Notes: generated by a model from the sequence alone, not told the origin. DNA of 64,000 bases from Lama glama (GCA_028534125.1 CM052817.1:97962001-98026000), one strand, 5' to 3'. Positions 38,140-52,495 are shown, numbered from the stretch's first letter. Numbers and translations: made by a program.

Positions 38140-40200
38140 ATAAAGTCAAGAAAACATGAAGCCTACAAAAAGTCTCTGCAGGTTTCAAGATGAAAACAGA
38201 GTTACTATCTAAGATGCAGAGGACGTTTTGTTACTTTGAAAAGAATCTACTTTAGAAGGCTTTGTCGTCTCGTTAAGACCTAGGGAAATTTGTATGCTAG
38301 GAAATGAAAGAAGATGAGATATAACCACAAGTAATATTTTAGAAAATGGGTGAAATAAGAAAAGAGTATAAAAACATAAATAAAATATGATCCCCCAAAT
38401 TAAAATCAGATTTAGAATAAGGAAGAAGCAACGCTGCAGAGAAAAAAATTCATGTTGCAAAAGGTAACTAGAAAAGCTTTCCCAAAACACGGAGAAAAAC
38501 AACAAAGAGATCAAATGGGAGGGAAGATGGAAGCTATAAAGGTCAGGGCATTCAGATCCAACACACAGATCACAAGTATGCATAATTAGACCAACATATT
38601 TAAAAAACAAATTAAAAGGAAATTTCCAGAGATAAAAGACACTGCAGATAAGAATGACACACTTCATACCAGAAAGCACATTGGTAATACTTAATCAATA
38701 CCTAGGTAGATCCTGGTGATATTTTTAAATAAAACAAATTAATGACAATATTTTAAATAGATTTACTAAATAATTCCAGAAATAAATAAGAAACAAAAAT
38801 TGAATGTGCAGAATGACAACATTGTATATATAAAACTTATGAGATATAGACAAGGTAGTTTAGGAGAAAATCTATGAATCTGATTCTTTTCATTGATCAA
38901 GAAGAAGTACAGAATCTACTCTCAGAGAAAAGAAATAATTTATGTACTCAACCAAATCCATTTAAAGAAACGGATGGAAGAGTAAAATACCAGAAAATAT
39001 CTTCATGACCTGGGAGGCCAGGACGGTTTCTCTTACAAGACTCAAAGTACTTTTACAAAGGAAGAGTTGACAACTCTGATTAAATTCACATTAAAATTTT
39101 ATGTACATCAAAAAGCATTATTTAAAAAAGAGGAAAAGACAAAATGTAGGCTTAAAAACTGTGTGTGTTTATGTGATGGGTATGACCAACTCAAAGAAGG
39201 ACGTTCCAGAAATTTAAAGAACTCAAAATCAATAACAAAAGACTACGTGACAGAAACTAGGAAAAAGATACAAATGGGCAAGTCAAGAAGCAAGATCTGA
39301 ACATATAGTAAATATGAAAATATGCGCAGTCTCACTAATAATCATGGGAATGCAAACTGATATAAAAGAAAATTACATGGACAAAAACCAAGTTTGACAA
39401 GTAAAGACAGACGAGGAACAGGAGGAGATCTAATTCTCTGCATCTGGGAGGGTGAATCAGCACACTTGGTAATAAACTAGACAATTTAGTAAGATTGAAG
39501 GACCAAGTATCCTATTACCTAGAATTTCACTCCTAGATATATAGGGAATAAAGGTTGTGAGGGAGAAAAAAAGATTGTGCTGGCACACGCATGCACCTTT
39601 GTGTGGGTGTGTGTCCATGCACACAACTTTGGTGGGGTAAGAGATGGAGACACTTACAAGTGATTTACAGATAATTGTATAGATAACATAGTTATAAAAA
39701 TAACATGGGGGTGTTACACATTCAGGTATGTGGGGATGTTAGACACATGTTCAGATATGTTCAGAGTATTTTGGGGACAAAGCGGGGAAAATGGAATATA
39801 AGGAGCAATACACAGGGCTTTCATTTGAATATGTAATACATTGTTTTTTAAATTAGGTGAGTAGATGTGAGTAGATTGCTTTATTCTCTACACTTTTTTG
39901 ATATGCCTTAAAAATTAATAGGGCCAATGTTGGTTTAAAGAATTAAGATAGAGCCATAAATTAATGAATTAGAAACAGAAAATGACAGAATCGATCAACT
40001 AACCCAAGATTCAAGTTTAAACCTGAATAAAAAAAACAGAAAACACACGTATATGATATCAGACATGACAAAGGCAGACCATGATAGACGGGATGTTTTA
40101 AAATTTAAAAGAACATCATTTGATCAGTTTTAATAAGCATGAATATTTCAATGAAGTAGACAATTTTTTAGGGAAATGAACCTAACTCAAATGGATGTGG
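38140..40200 (+). mobile_element. Patchwork of ancient L1/HAL1 fragments (ORF1-like, ORF2 and 3' pieces)
   Basis: A-rich; aaaagctttcccaaaacac...aaggaaatttccagagataaaagac (ORF1-like), gcagtctcactaataatcatgggaatgcaaact (ORF2 3'), aatgaagtagacaattttttagggaaat (ORF2). No intact ORF. Confidence 0.65.
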
Positions 40201-40918
40201 GATGTGCTGGTCCTCTAAAACGACGCTCCGCTGGGACCCCCGCCTAGTCCACATCCTGTGACAGCCCAGTACTCTTTCAAACACTCAGCATTTCTGGGAA
40301 ACTCAAGTTCTCTGGTCCCATCTGTGCTTGGGTTCTCTGCTGACTCTCTCTTCTTCACTGCATTGACCCAGACTTACAATTTATGCTCATCCTCAGTTCC
40401 TGCCAAAAAATTAAAATCACTCTTATAGGATATTTTGATGTATCAAAGATTTTACTAAAAATTGGATGACCAAGTTAAATATCCCCAAACAAAATAATAG
40501 GCAAAAATGCCATTTGGCCATCACCTGACCGGGGAAATTTCCTTAATTATTTGCCTATCGCAGCCCTCATCTCTCACCATCTCTTTGACTTCCTTCTCTT
40601 ACCTCTGCCTTCTCTTGACCCTGCTTTCTTCTCTCTCTTCACTGCACAGGACAAGGATAATGCCTCTCATCTTCTCACACATATAACTCATGATCTCTTA
40701 GTTTCTGCTAACACCTATGACTTCTGGGTCTCACATCCTATACCGATGGCTCATCAAGGTATTTTCCCAATGGACAGTTAATTGTTTCTGAAAGGGACTC
40801 CAGTGACAGATGCTGACATACTTTGTTTCTCACATCCTCAACTATAATTGCCAAAATATACTTAAGAGTTGTAAAAACAGTATGTACAGCATTGTCTCAA
40901 GTATGAAATATGCCAATC

Positions 40919-40980
40919 ACACACATACACACACCACACTCACACTCATGCACCGCACACGCACACGCACACGCACACGA
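40919..40980. repeat. CA-rich / (CACACG)n microsatellite
   Basis: acacatacacacaccacactcacact...gcacacgcacacgcacacgcacacg. Confidence 0.85.
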
Positions 40981-42574
40981 ATATAGTCAGGCCTTTGCAG
41001 AGATATTGACTGTATTAACAGCTGGTGATATTCTGTTTCTATTTTTGAATATTATTCAAATAATTAGAAAAGTGTACTAAATAAATAAAAGTATGCACAG
41101 AGTATTCCTTAAATATCCATACTTTGTGCTAGTGTAGCTTCTATCACACGTCTAGGATGAATACTGCTAGCCATCGTACTGCCTCCAGCAAGGCTTCCCT
41201 GACCTAGCTTCAGGGGACTTAGGTGGAGGTAGGATGCCCTGTTCAGCAGGCCTGACACCCTGAAACTGTGACAAGGAATACACTCATGTCTCTCTCTCTA
41301 TGCTATATGTGCTCCTGTCCCTAGATTAGTCTCCTTCCCTATCAATTTGGAAAAGTGACATTTTCTCATGAACCCTTCCTACGACCCTGGGCTTTCCTGG
41401 TGTCCCTGTGACATATTCTCATAGCAATCTTTATATAGCCTTTTTTAAAAAAATTACTCCCATTGTATTTTAAGCTCCATGAGAGTAGGATTATGTTTCT
41501 CTTGGTTCCTACTCTATTTCTGGACTTTAACAAGTGCTTAGTGAATAAGAAGAGATGGATAGATGGACGGATGGATGGATAACCAGAACTGCTTAAAATT
41601 TTTTCTCTCTTCTTTAAGTCTATTCACTGGTTCTTGCAGCCAAAACTCAGTTCAGCCAGTGCTCTCACTGAAATAAACTCCTATGGAGAAGATCTAGGGG
41701 AAGTGGAAAGCACCTCAATAAAATTAAGGAGGCAATTTAATAGGAATTCAGTATCAGACTTAAAAGAATTTTAACCGAAAGACTTTTCTTCATTCTCTAC
41801 CATTTTGGTTTGCTTTTCTCAGAAACCCAGGCTCAAGAAAAGATCTGAGTCCTTTTCTTGTCATTACTCTTAACGACTTCATGTTTGATTCCTTTGTCTC
41901 ATGGTGACTCTGCAAATTCCTATCAGCTTCGTGCTGATGGCTGCACACTTGTGTGCCTGCTCCCTGGACCATCACACAGTACTGTTCCTCAAATGAACAC
42001 TTCCTCAGAGTGCCCCTTCTGCATATGCCAATGATCACATTTTCTCACCAAATGTATTAGTTTGATTTTCCATATGCCTACAATCACTCAGATCCTCACA
42101 ACATTATCTAAAACAGCATCAGCCTAATGTGGGAAAGCTCTCCTTCCTGCCTTCGAATCCGTGACACTAATGTCCCTTCTTTCTTTTCCATCCCCCATGT
42201 TCTGTTGACAACAGCTCTAAGCCACTGGGTCCTTTCTTTAAAAAAAAAAAAACAAATTCCCTGACTGTGCTCTTTCTTTTTCATCTCCCCTGCCCTTGGT
42301 CTCCTCACATCCAGGCTTCCCCAAGGTCATTCTGCATAATATTTATTTCATGGCTAATTGGCCTTCATCAATCCTTTGATGAGAACATTCTTCTTTTCAA
42401 AACCTCCCAAAGCTTCTCCTTGTCCTAGAACCTATAAATATAAAATTCTCCACATCTAGCTAGGCATTCTGTGGTGCAGCTATAGTATCCATGTGCAGAC
42501 TGTTTCCCCCTAATCCTTAATATTGACTCCAGACTACTATCACACCACTGGCCCCATTCCTGCCTTCCTGAATT

Positions 42575-43130
42575 TGTTAGGTAGTTAGATAAGTGAGGGC
42601 ACCAGGCAGACAGGTGGAGGAGTGGGAGGATGATCTGGAAGATGGCGTTGTGTCTGCTTCCAGCATAAAGGGACTTTACTTCTTCCTAATGAGTGCCAGC
42701 AAGAAACCAGTTAGAACCCGGCAGCCACAACCTCGCAGTGGCAGAAAGGACCTGACCGGACATGACCCAATGCTCATTGTATTATAATTAGCGTTGCAGT
42801 TTAGAACCCCACCCCACCCCGGCCTTGGGTTTTTCTCTACACACCATCGGTAAGGACACGCGCAAAGGGGCCAAATATGACTAAGCGTTCCAGGGACAAA
42901 GCTGTCAGTCAATCAAAAGAGCACCTCTAAGCGAGGCTGTAAGGGAGAGGGGAGACAAAAACTGCAGGTTGTCCTCCCCTGGGTCAGCCCGCAGCCTGTT
43001 CAAGGAGGTGTACTCTTCCTTTTTTAAATAAATCTTTCAAAATCTTTTGCTACACAATGCACTGTCTCCCGACTATAAACTTATCTTTTGGGCATGACAA
43101 GAACTGGGGTCTTTACGTTTTGGGGTAGCA
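42575..43130 (+). mobile_element. Solo ERV LTR (~556 bp, ERV1-like) inserted in an L2 3' fragment
   Basis: TG...CA termini (tgttaggtagttag...ggggtagca), AATAAA at 43027-43032, 4-bp flanks aatt/gatt (one mismatch), CpG-richer than the flanks. L2-like sequence continues on both sides. Confidence 0.8.
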
Positions 43131-43879
43131 GATTCACTTCTGCTGCTTCTGCCCTTTTCAGAATAGTCCTCCACTCTGCTCTCCACTGATCCAAATTCTG
43201 TGAACTTTAACAAGGTCAAATGCCATATACTCAAAGCCTTTCTTCGGAGTTAGCGCATACCAATTTTTGTTCCCAGGACCCCCTCTTCTATTTTATATTT
43301 GATGCTAGGTCATTAATCTAAATGTTTCATGTGTGTTAGATCTACCTCCCAAATTCAGCTCTCTGCTTCCTTATGGAAATACGTATTAGACTTCCTCTGG
43401 ATCACCTGTTGAACCACAACAGTGCCATGGACTTAATGAAACCTAGTAAGTGTAGTGTTGACTGCAAAATAAAGACGCCTTCCTTCCACTGGCTGAACAG
43501 TTCAAAGTGGATATTGCAAGGAATGAAAGGAATTGAGTTAGGAAAATAGTAGGGAAACAGTGCATAGTTTATGAACAAGGCAGATTTGAAGACTAAAGAG
43601 TTTTGCAAACTATTTCAAGCCTGAGCCAGTGTTACCATGACCGAGCTTGTCAACAACCCTGATGGGACTAGCTCCCCACCTGCTGTGGTAAGGAAGCATT
43701 TGGAGCTCAGAAAGGATGAATGGCAGCTTCAAATAAGACTTTTATTTTTTTAACATTACGTACCTTTGCATTTATTAATATACTTTTGAGAACGCCTAGC
43801 TGATCTCTGGGCAGGCTTTCATGTCAACCTGTGAAAGAATGTGAGCGAAGGGTTGATGGGCACTTTGACAGAAGAAGAC

Positions 43880-43990
43880 AGACACAGAGAGGAATGTCTT
43901 GCCAAATCTCTAACAGTGATACAACTGGGAATAGAAACCAGGTCCCATGCCTTACCATCTGGTGTTCTACCAGCTAGACCACACTGTCTC
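43880..43990 (-). mobile_element. MIR fragment (antisense)
   Basis: gacacagagaggaatgtcttgccaaatctctaacag...ctgggaatagaaaccaggtc. Confidence 0.55.
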
Positions 43991-45327
43991 TTGAAGTTGC
44001 CAGCCTGGACTAATAATTGCACATGTGACATAGTTCTGGTCTTCCTCTCTCTGTGCTGTTGTAGATGAGACAGCTCTTCCCTCAGGCAGGGTAGAAATTT
44101 GCGTGTCTGTCTATACAAATTTATAATGTGGCTTCTGTATACACAGCAAGGCAGAGACAAAAAATCATTTATTTCAATGCTATAAGAAAATTAAGAAATT
44201 CTTGGTGCAAGATGGGGAGATATTAAATTACAAATTATTTAAAGGAATGTATTTTGAAAATCGGCTAATCTTCCATGTTAACTCGTAGACATCTGTGTCT
44301 TTCTGCTAAAGTCCAAGCTACTCTATTCAACAAAGCAGGATTGTGTGCACACGGGACTTGTATAGCTTCATGTTTGTGCTGAATCACAATTACAGAAAGA
44401 AGAATGCTGGTTCTTTCCATCCACTTTTCTGGCCACGTGACAGCTACTTGGTGACATGTGCACTCACATATTTGGTTCAGACATTGTGCTCCTTTGATTC
44501 AGACTGAGATAAGTATTTTCTACTTAATTTAAGGAAAATGAAAGCTTAGGACAAAATAAAATATACTTCTTTGTTTAGTTAACATATCAGGAATCTATTT
44601 GGGGTTGTAAAATGGAGAAAACATTTGATTTACTAGCATTTCAACCTTTACTCTTTCAAATATCTATGTGTGCTTCAGACCTACAGCCACATGGGCTGTG
44701 CTTATGCATATGCTTAAAGCATCTTTGATGGTGGCAATTGTAACCGTGTCTAAAGAAATGGATCTGAACACAACGCCTGCTGAGGAGTGGCAGAGAGGCT
44801 GGGTTAGTTCTCTGAAATGATTTCTTATCACTAGTATATTCTTTCCTTTACACCTTTATGAATTGTCTGAATTACCCACCATGATAAAGAGAAAAACTGT
44901 GGAAGAAGAGTTCTTCACTTAATGAGAATTAAGGGTTGAAGCAGGGTGGGGTGACTGAGAAGGGATATCATACGACAGAGATCAAGGGGGGAATTTAAGG
45001 TCAGCAAGCACCGGGAGGTGGTGGAGAGCAGAGGAGGAAATGCAATAGCAGGATGCGGGGAGCATCCCCCAGAGCTGACCCGTCTCCAGAAGGAAACAGC
45101 ATCACTGCCCCTCTTGTTCCCTGCTGCCTTTGTTCCTAAACATGGTTTGCCGTACTCACTGATTCTTTTTAGAGGAAAAGATAAGGTTTTACAATTTCTT
45201 TCAATAGTGCACTTGAACTAGACATAAAACATAGAACATGGAAAACTATTTCAGCCCCTGAATTAATGCACTGAAGTGTAAAATGGGGCTGGCAGTGATC
45301 CAAATAGAAAAGAAATCTGAAATGATA

Positions 45328-45330
<3 letters not shown>

Positions 45331-45388
<58 letters not shown>

Positions 45389-45394
45389 TATATA
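45331..45394. repeat. Compound (TA)20(CA)9 microsatellite
   Basis: Read directly: TA run 45331-45370, CA run 45371-45388. Confidence 0.98.
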
Positions 45395-46533
45395 ATCTCT
45401 TTAAGAGTGTAAAGCTGTGTAAGAGTGGCTATGGAGAAAGGGAGGGAAGAAGAAAGGGGCAAGTGTAGTTGGTAAAAAAAAACATAAAAACTTTAAGTCA
45501 GAATTTAGGATAAAGAATATTAGGGGGAAAAGTAAATTATAAAGTAAATAGATGAACACAGGAAGGGCATGTTTATAAAATCTTAGTAAATATACTCAAC
45601 AGGAAGAGAAAGACTGCATTGAAATAAGAGGAGAGCAGTATTTCAGGGAATAGAACATCTCGGTCAAGGGCCATATATTTAGGCTATTGGGAAAAAAAGC
45701 CATTGTCCAGGATCGTTCAAGTATAAGCAAAGAAGTATCTTGCTTGCTTGTTAAAAACACTGATAATTTTTATTGGATTTTCTTAAGTCATTTCAATATT
45801 TAGCCAAGATGAGACAGATGAAATGCTGAGGGCAATTTTGGGAAGGGCTGGTGAAGGAAATCCTGAGTCCCACCTCCCCGTCCCCGCCTCTGTGCTGACC
45901 CGCAGAGCGTCTTCACTGGGATGAAGGACGAAAGGCCTCATGGGCGTTCGAGCTCCTTCCCTCTCCCCACTTCTCTCCCCTGCTTCCCACTTCTGTTTTG
46001 CAGCCATGTTGACCCCTTCACTCACTCCCTGCCCCTGGAGAACTCGCCATCACTCCCTTACCTCTTCTCAGATCTTTCTCCTCAATGGAAATAGCATTTC
46101 CCCTCCTTCCCTAGGTCACACATCATAGCTTTGCGCATATTTCTAAATAGTCACTACAGTCCAAGTGGCGTTGTTTGTTAATTTTCTTCAGAACATCCAA
46201 TGGGTTGTGCTTTTCTTGGGTTGAATTTATTTTCTCTCATTTTGTTCTGATGAATCAATTTTTCATGTCATGTGCTGTATTTCATAAAGTATGATTGTGA
46301 TAAGATGTGTGAATGCAAAGCCACTTTGACACTATATAGACTTTTCTAAGTTGGCTAGGTAGGTGATAAGATAGTGATGGCTGAGAGGTGAGGCTTAATA
46401 AATGTCCATTATTTCATAAATAAGAAGGATAGCTATCCTAGATCTAGTGTTGAGCACTTACAATGTGCCAGGTTTGGGACCAGATGCTTGATTTTGGTAA
46501 TCATAACCATAAGAATCATCATTATAACAATAC

Positions 46534-46632
46534 CTTTCCTTTCCTTCTTTCTTTTTTTCTTTCTTCCTCCCTTCCCTCCCCTCCCCCTTCCTTCCTTCCT
46601 TCCTTCTTCCCTTCGACTTCCTCTCTTTTTTT
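46534..46632. repeat. Polypyrimidine (CCTT/CTTT-rich) low-complexity tract
   Basis: cctttcctttccttctttc...cttccttccttccttccttcttccc. Confidence 0.9.
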
Positions 46633-48234
46633 TATATATTTTTATGAGGAGAGGAAGCTTAGTAATTCCATGATTTAAAAGCATTCAAAATTGTTTCTCT
46701 TTGTGTTGCATTCTATTAATCAAGGTCAAAACAATGCAAACTTTAGGCTTGCAGAAGGCAGGCAGTAACTTGATCTCTATGATATTTAAAAAACAAAAGT
46801 TATTTTATTCAAGTGCTAAATATGTATTAAAGCCCCAGGTTTAAACACTTACATCCGATTACAGAGTCTAGACTTCTTTTCAACCAACCCTAAGCCTTCT
46901 AAGTCAGTGGATAACTTGGAATAATTTACTAAGCTGGATCCTGGACTCAGTTATCAATGACTTCAGAACATCACTCAGTAATGCTTGGTGAACAATTAGT
47001 AACAACAGATTCTGCTCCGTTTTTAAGCTCTGCTTCTTTTCAGGTAGCTACTTTTACTGTAGAGCACGGGTCCTACAACTCACAATCTCCATGACTCAAG
47101 AAAAATCACAAGCTAGAACCTGAGCTTCTCATCTGTGTTTCAAATCTGGCTAAGTATTTTTATAGCCTCACAGTCACAGACCAGATGTGTATATAGCGTT
47201 TGGGTCAGGCACGTGCTCGGTCTTTTCACCTCTTTGTTATGGCTGGTTGATAATCTTTGGCACGCTGTGCATTTTCACTTGATTATTCAAATTCTCTCAG
47301 TGTCTAGCTAATATGTTTATTTTTATGATGATAAATAACATGTGATGTCTAGTTCCAGGAGGCAAAATCTTCAGTTGCTTTCGTGCTTTAAATGTTTTCT
47401 TATATCTTGAGATTGATTTAGCATTCACCAGTATTTTCTCCTAATTTTTAGATTATTTGTAACAACAATTCTGGTGATCCAGGTCACCTAGCTAGCTAGC
47501 TAGATATCTGTATTACAAAAGATTGAATAATACAATTTATTTTGCTCTAAGTGGCCGATTTACCAACACTAGTAGTTTACAGTATTTTCTGACTCTTGAA
47601 TTCCAAAATCTGTTTGAGGATTATCTGCTCTGTTGTTCCCTTGATTCTTATGTCAGTATCACACTGTTGCTAATTATTGGCTCTTAGAATAAGTCTACTT
47701 GTTCTAGTATTTAATTTTTTTTTATTATTATTTTGGACAGTTCCCCACTACTTACTTTTTTTCTTTCAAATGTATCTTTGACCAATGTTTCCAAGCAAAT
47801 TCCACAGAGACTTTGTTTGGAGATTGCATTTTGAAGATACAAATTTATTTGGGAAGAATTGGCCCCATTATAATATGAATATTCTCAATAGGGTCATCTA
47901 AATTTTGTGTCTGTGAAACTTGTTTCCTCTTTGATATTACTATTTTGGGGAAAAATGGCTGTGACGAATTCTCAACTACTGCAATAGTGATTGTCTGCTT
48001 CCTGGATGGGCAGGACCTTTACCTCTCTTTTATGTCACAAACTATTTGTTCAAGATGGAACTTGCTTTTGAGGTAAACAGGAATCCAAAGGCGGACTGAA
48101 ATCAACAGTTCTGGGTACAGGCTTGGTCAAGAAGGGAGGTAACACACCTGGACTTGAAGAAGAACCCCCTGTATGTCTGGCCAGAGGTCTGTCTGCCCAT
48201 GAGGTCGCTCATCATGCCTGTTCGTTCTTGTATA

Positions 48235-48741
48235 TATTACCAAACGTGGTCCGACTATTCACCCCTCAAAAAATCAATGAGCAAAAGAGGCAATGTGGAT
48301 AGAAAGGAAAGTTGCTTTTAATCAGAATGCCAGCAATCTGGGGAGATGGTGAACTCAGTGTCTTCCAAAAGCCATCTCCAAAGAGTCTGCTCAGTCATGA
48401 AAGTTTTAAAGATAAAATGGGGAAATGGGGAAGTTATCTCAGTTAATCATCGAGATAGGGGTTCAGAGTCGTCACCATCCCAGCTGTATGCAGGCTTGTC
48501 AGTTCCTTGCGAATTTCCCTTAGATGCTCTCTTGTTCACACAGTTTGTTCCAGAGATTATTGAAGAGGAAGCTAAGAAAGAGATCAGGTCATCTGTTAAT
48601 TACTTATTCTCCATGTCTGCTTCTTTGATCTGCAGAAAAAAGAACCAACAGGTTAGGCAAGGTATGGTGTGATCAAAAGATTTAGAAGATGTGCTTAGGC
48701 CTGAAATGAGTAGGGCGTGCGGCTTCCTGGTTTAAGTTACA
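48235..48741 (-). mobile_element. Solo ERV LTR (~507 bp, antisense, ERV1-like)
   Basis: Termini t(g>a)ttacc...gttaca; the antisense poly(A)-signal region ggaaagttgcttttaatcagaatgccagcaa is typical of cetartiodactyl LTRs (recall); near-matching flanks gtata/atata. Confidence 0.7.
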
Positions 48742-48821
48742 ATATAGTTTTGCTAAAGTGACGAGAAAAAGGGTTTCCTGCTGGGGCAGTTTCCTGTAAA
48801 GAGCTGCGTACATATAGTCTC

Positions 48822-48835
48822 CTGCCCTTTAGTGG
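48822..48835 (-). promoter_or_regulatory. Candidate CTCF core motif
   Basis: ctgccctttagtgg reads CCACTAAAGGGCAG on the minus strand, one mismatch from CCACYAGRKGGCAG. Motif match only. Confidence 0.3.
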
Positions 48836-49599
48836 CTGCCTCTGCCCCATCTCCTCCACCCCACCAGGCACGCTGGCTCAGTGTATGTTTGGACTGAATT
48901 AAGGTGCCAAAGGAAGCTTCGCTCCGGGGCTTCGTGGTTGACTTCTCCTCTGTTAGTGAAAGGCCACACCAGGAGGAGGGGATCAAAAGTAAACGTAGGA
49001 TCTAGTTTGGAAGGCAAGTGGTCAAGTACGTAGAAGAGGCTTCACTGCCTCTTGATTTGTCAGAGCGCTCTGATCCGCCTATCTTTTTTGTTAGAGATCA
49101 AACTGCTTTTTAAAGAAAAACACTTCCCACCAGTCACCTTGTGCTCCCTGTGAGCGCTGAACACTTTCTCCTTTCTGATGAAAATAGTTTCATTTCAAGG
49201 AGACAGCTGGAAAGATACAAGCTTAACCATCAACAGACTGCAGGCCTGGTGGTTGAAGAGGTTGAGAGGTCTGTGGGATCCATTTTTGTCCTCCCACAGT
49301 TCCATCAGTTGTTGGCAATATATGTGGCGTCACCAGTCTCTGGTGTCAGGGCATGTTGGCTGTGGGAAATAAACAGCTTTTAAAATGCAGGTTTGGGTTT
49401 CAGAGATCCATCAGGTCTCTGAATGGGGACAGTTTTGCATGGTTCTTGCCTGTGATGCCTGATTTTTGCACTCTCTGCTCTTCCCCCTTGTGTTTGTTGA
49501 CCCCAGATTGTCCCTGAACAATGTTTGGAAATTTGCATCTCAGCAATATTACGGATACAAATACTCTTCCCTCGATGAGTGCATTTAAAGTACCCATTT

Positions 49600-49703
49600 C
49601 ATATGAAAATGAATACATGTATGTATATGCATGACTGGGACATTGTGCTGCACACCAGAAATTGACACATTGTAACTGATTGTACTTCAGTTTAAAAAAA
49701 AAA
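49600..49703 (+). mobile_element. Very short L1 3' end with poly(A)
   Basis: atatgaaaatgaatacatgtatgtatatgcatgactgggacattgtgctgcacaccagaaattgacacattgtaactgattgtacttcagtttaaaaaaaaaa. Confidence 0.88.
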
Positions 49704-52495
49704 CGATCAGATGGGAAATGCACACAAATGTATTAGGCACTGCACCATGCATGTAGGTGGTGCTTAATAGATGAAAACTAAATATTAATTTGATATAAAT
49801 CAATTGTTTTCAAAAAAATGTAAAGAAAAAGACAAATTTATAAGTAATGTTTCTACTCAATAAATTTATTTCTAGTTCAAAAAAATTAAATAGCCATTTA
49901 AGTATGATCCCTATGTCTAAACTGTTTACATATGTAGTATTTACTGTCAAAACCCAGCACTATATTTTCATACAGCTACAAAGATTCCACATTTCTCAAC
50001 ATGAAAAGTAAGTTAATAAAATCTTCCAGTGTTCAGCTACTATTCAAGAAAGAGCAAGACATAGAAGGAAACTGAGACGTTGAGTTGATATCTTTCTTAA
50101 TCCTGACTGGTATTGGTTTCCTTAGGGGAATTCTCAAAAGTTGAGAAAGGCGAAGTCAAGTTATCTGAGCGTCAGGGCTGCTCAGCCCAAGACCAAGGGC
50201 GAGCTTGCACTCTGTAACCAGGGGCAGTGCAGTCTGGAGGCAAGTCAATGTTGGCTCTTTCGAGCACTCTTCAACTTGACGTTGACTATTGTCTAACCCA
50301 TCTGCTTACTATTCCAAAAGTGTGGCCCTAGATTTTTGGATGCCCAGTGTTCTCTTGCATTTTCACAACCTCCTACAGTCACTGCTTGTTTTTGATCTAT
50401 TTTTCATGACAGGGTGGTAGCCTTTTCTCTTCACTGTTGCTTCAGAAAAATGCAGTGAAAAATGTTTTCCAAGAATTTCTTTCTTCCCTTAAAAAAAATT
50501 TTTACTTGCCCTTTAGGTAACTCCCATGTACTCCTTTGACATGCAGCATGAGATTCGATTTTTTTTTTTTTTTAGAAATTACACTGCATGTCAGTTATGT
50601 ATTAGAGCAATCTGTCATCTTCACATTAGAGACACTGGATGCGGTCTCCAGCAGCTGGTTCTCTAGGACTTATATTTCAGAAAGTATGGTCGCGGGTGTT
50701 ACATGAACAGTGTCAGCGGGCCATTATTCTTAACATGATGTTTTAAATTATAAATATTACCAGACATCCCAGGGTGGCTCAGGGAGACGATTCTGTGGTT
50801 AAAATAGAGAACAGTCACACAACTACCAGGAAGAAGCAAATGAAAAGGCTAAAAATATATTGCTTATATTACTTTTAAAAGCTGACTTGGATCACAGCAG
50901 CCACTTCGTCTTACCTAGCAGTGGTTTAGGGCTCTATTTGATTTTTTTTTTCTTTCCATTTTATAAATAAGTAACTAAATCTATGACATCTTTATTCCCT
51001 ACCTCTCCTTGCCCCTCAAGGTTGGTCAGTGCTCAGCTCTGGCAACTATCGAAGTGGAGGTCAGTAATTCTTTCTGGACCTTTGCTCAAGGTGGGAGCCT
51101 AGTTGTCACTTTATAATAGTATCTATTATTTTGCATCAATTCTGTAAAAAGGATCTCCGCCAGGAAGCACTCCAGAGGACCCAGACACATTTTATATTAA
51201 GGAGGATGGTATTTAAAATGTCAAAATAAAATGGCTCATGCAGCTGAAAAGAAAGGCATAGAAAAGCAGGTGGTGCAACCCCAATTCCCAGCAGAGCGGA
51301 CCCAGGGACTCCTCACCCCGAGGCACGTTGTGCCATTTAGGAAACAGTTCTTTCTACCACCATCTGGATGGTGGAATAAGTGATTCTGGAATCATGAAGA
51401 TATCAAGTTGTAAAACAAGCCTTATTCGTTCCTTCATCCATGTTTCTTCCTGATGATTTACAGGTGCAAAGGGGGGGGGTCCTCCATTAAATACCACTGC
51501 ACGTTGCTATCACTTCATGGCAATTCGTTAGCAAAACTCACATTTATACCAAGTTAAATATACAAAACACTTCAGATGATCACAAGTGAAGGTTATAAAC
51601 ATCTCACTCATTTGCCTATATGATTTTTTAAATCCATGAACATTATTTAAATAAGCATATATAAGAAAGTTCTCTCATTACATGGTTGGTTGTCAGTTCA
51701 TAGACAATTGCATATGAAGCCTTTTCTAGAGTACTGTGTGATAATAACATTTACCTATGGAAAGAGATCCACACAATGACATTGTCTTTTAAAATCTAAT
51801 TGTTTGACATAGTGGGGGACAAACATGAAAATGGGGTCCAGCCCATATATGCCAAGGCAATCCAAGAAAGAATCTCCTGTTCACAAAGTATATTTCTCCT
51901 ACTATTAATTCATAGTCTTAATATCTTCTCTTTGTTATTTATTTGATGTGAGCTTTCTGTGTTTTGAGGTATTAGAACATTTCTGTCTCTCACACTAGAG
52001 AGGCAAGCATACAAATTTTCTCAGACGTGACAAAACTGTTTGAAAAACTGCACCTTGTTTATACCATTCATTCCTTAACATTCAGTAGCACAACAATTAC
52101 AAAATTATGTAATCTTTTATTTCTGATATGTTTGTGTAGTTTCAGAAGACAATTGTGAGTTTCAGATATTTTACTTTAATGGTGAAATTTGAAAGTGAAC
52201 TACATACGATTTGACATTTATACAACATCTCAATTCTAACTTGAGCTATTAGGCATGGATGTTCACAGATCTATTCATTTTTTCCCAGATATCTATTTTC
52301 AGAGATATCAATGCATTGATTACACCATCTTCCACATCATGGAAGCAGTCAGTCATTTCTTGGTCTCCATCCATCTCATCAACCTTAATTGGTATTTATT
52401 TGGTCTTACCATACTGGGAATATGGCACTGTGCTAAGTGCATAGAATGGTTTAACTTTAATTAAACAATTTGAATCAATAATACTGCATGTGTGT

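Noticed and set aside
38209..38679. 156-aa hydrophobic ORF resembling a membrane protein
   Set aside because: It is the antisense reading of A-rich L1/HAL1 sequence, which yields Phe/Leu-rich spurious ORFs.
33856..40098. Identical 17-mer TGATAGACGGGATGTTT at 33856-33872 and 40082-40098
   Set aside because: The match does not extend into the flanks, the copies lie in unrelated repeats, and one 17-mer match in 64 kb is not improbable by chance.
47488..47503. (CTAG)4 palindrome
   Set aside because: A short tetranucleotide slippage run with no associated structure.
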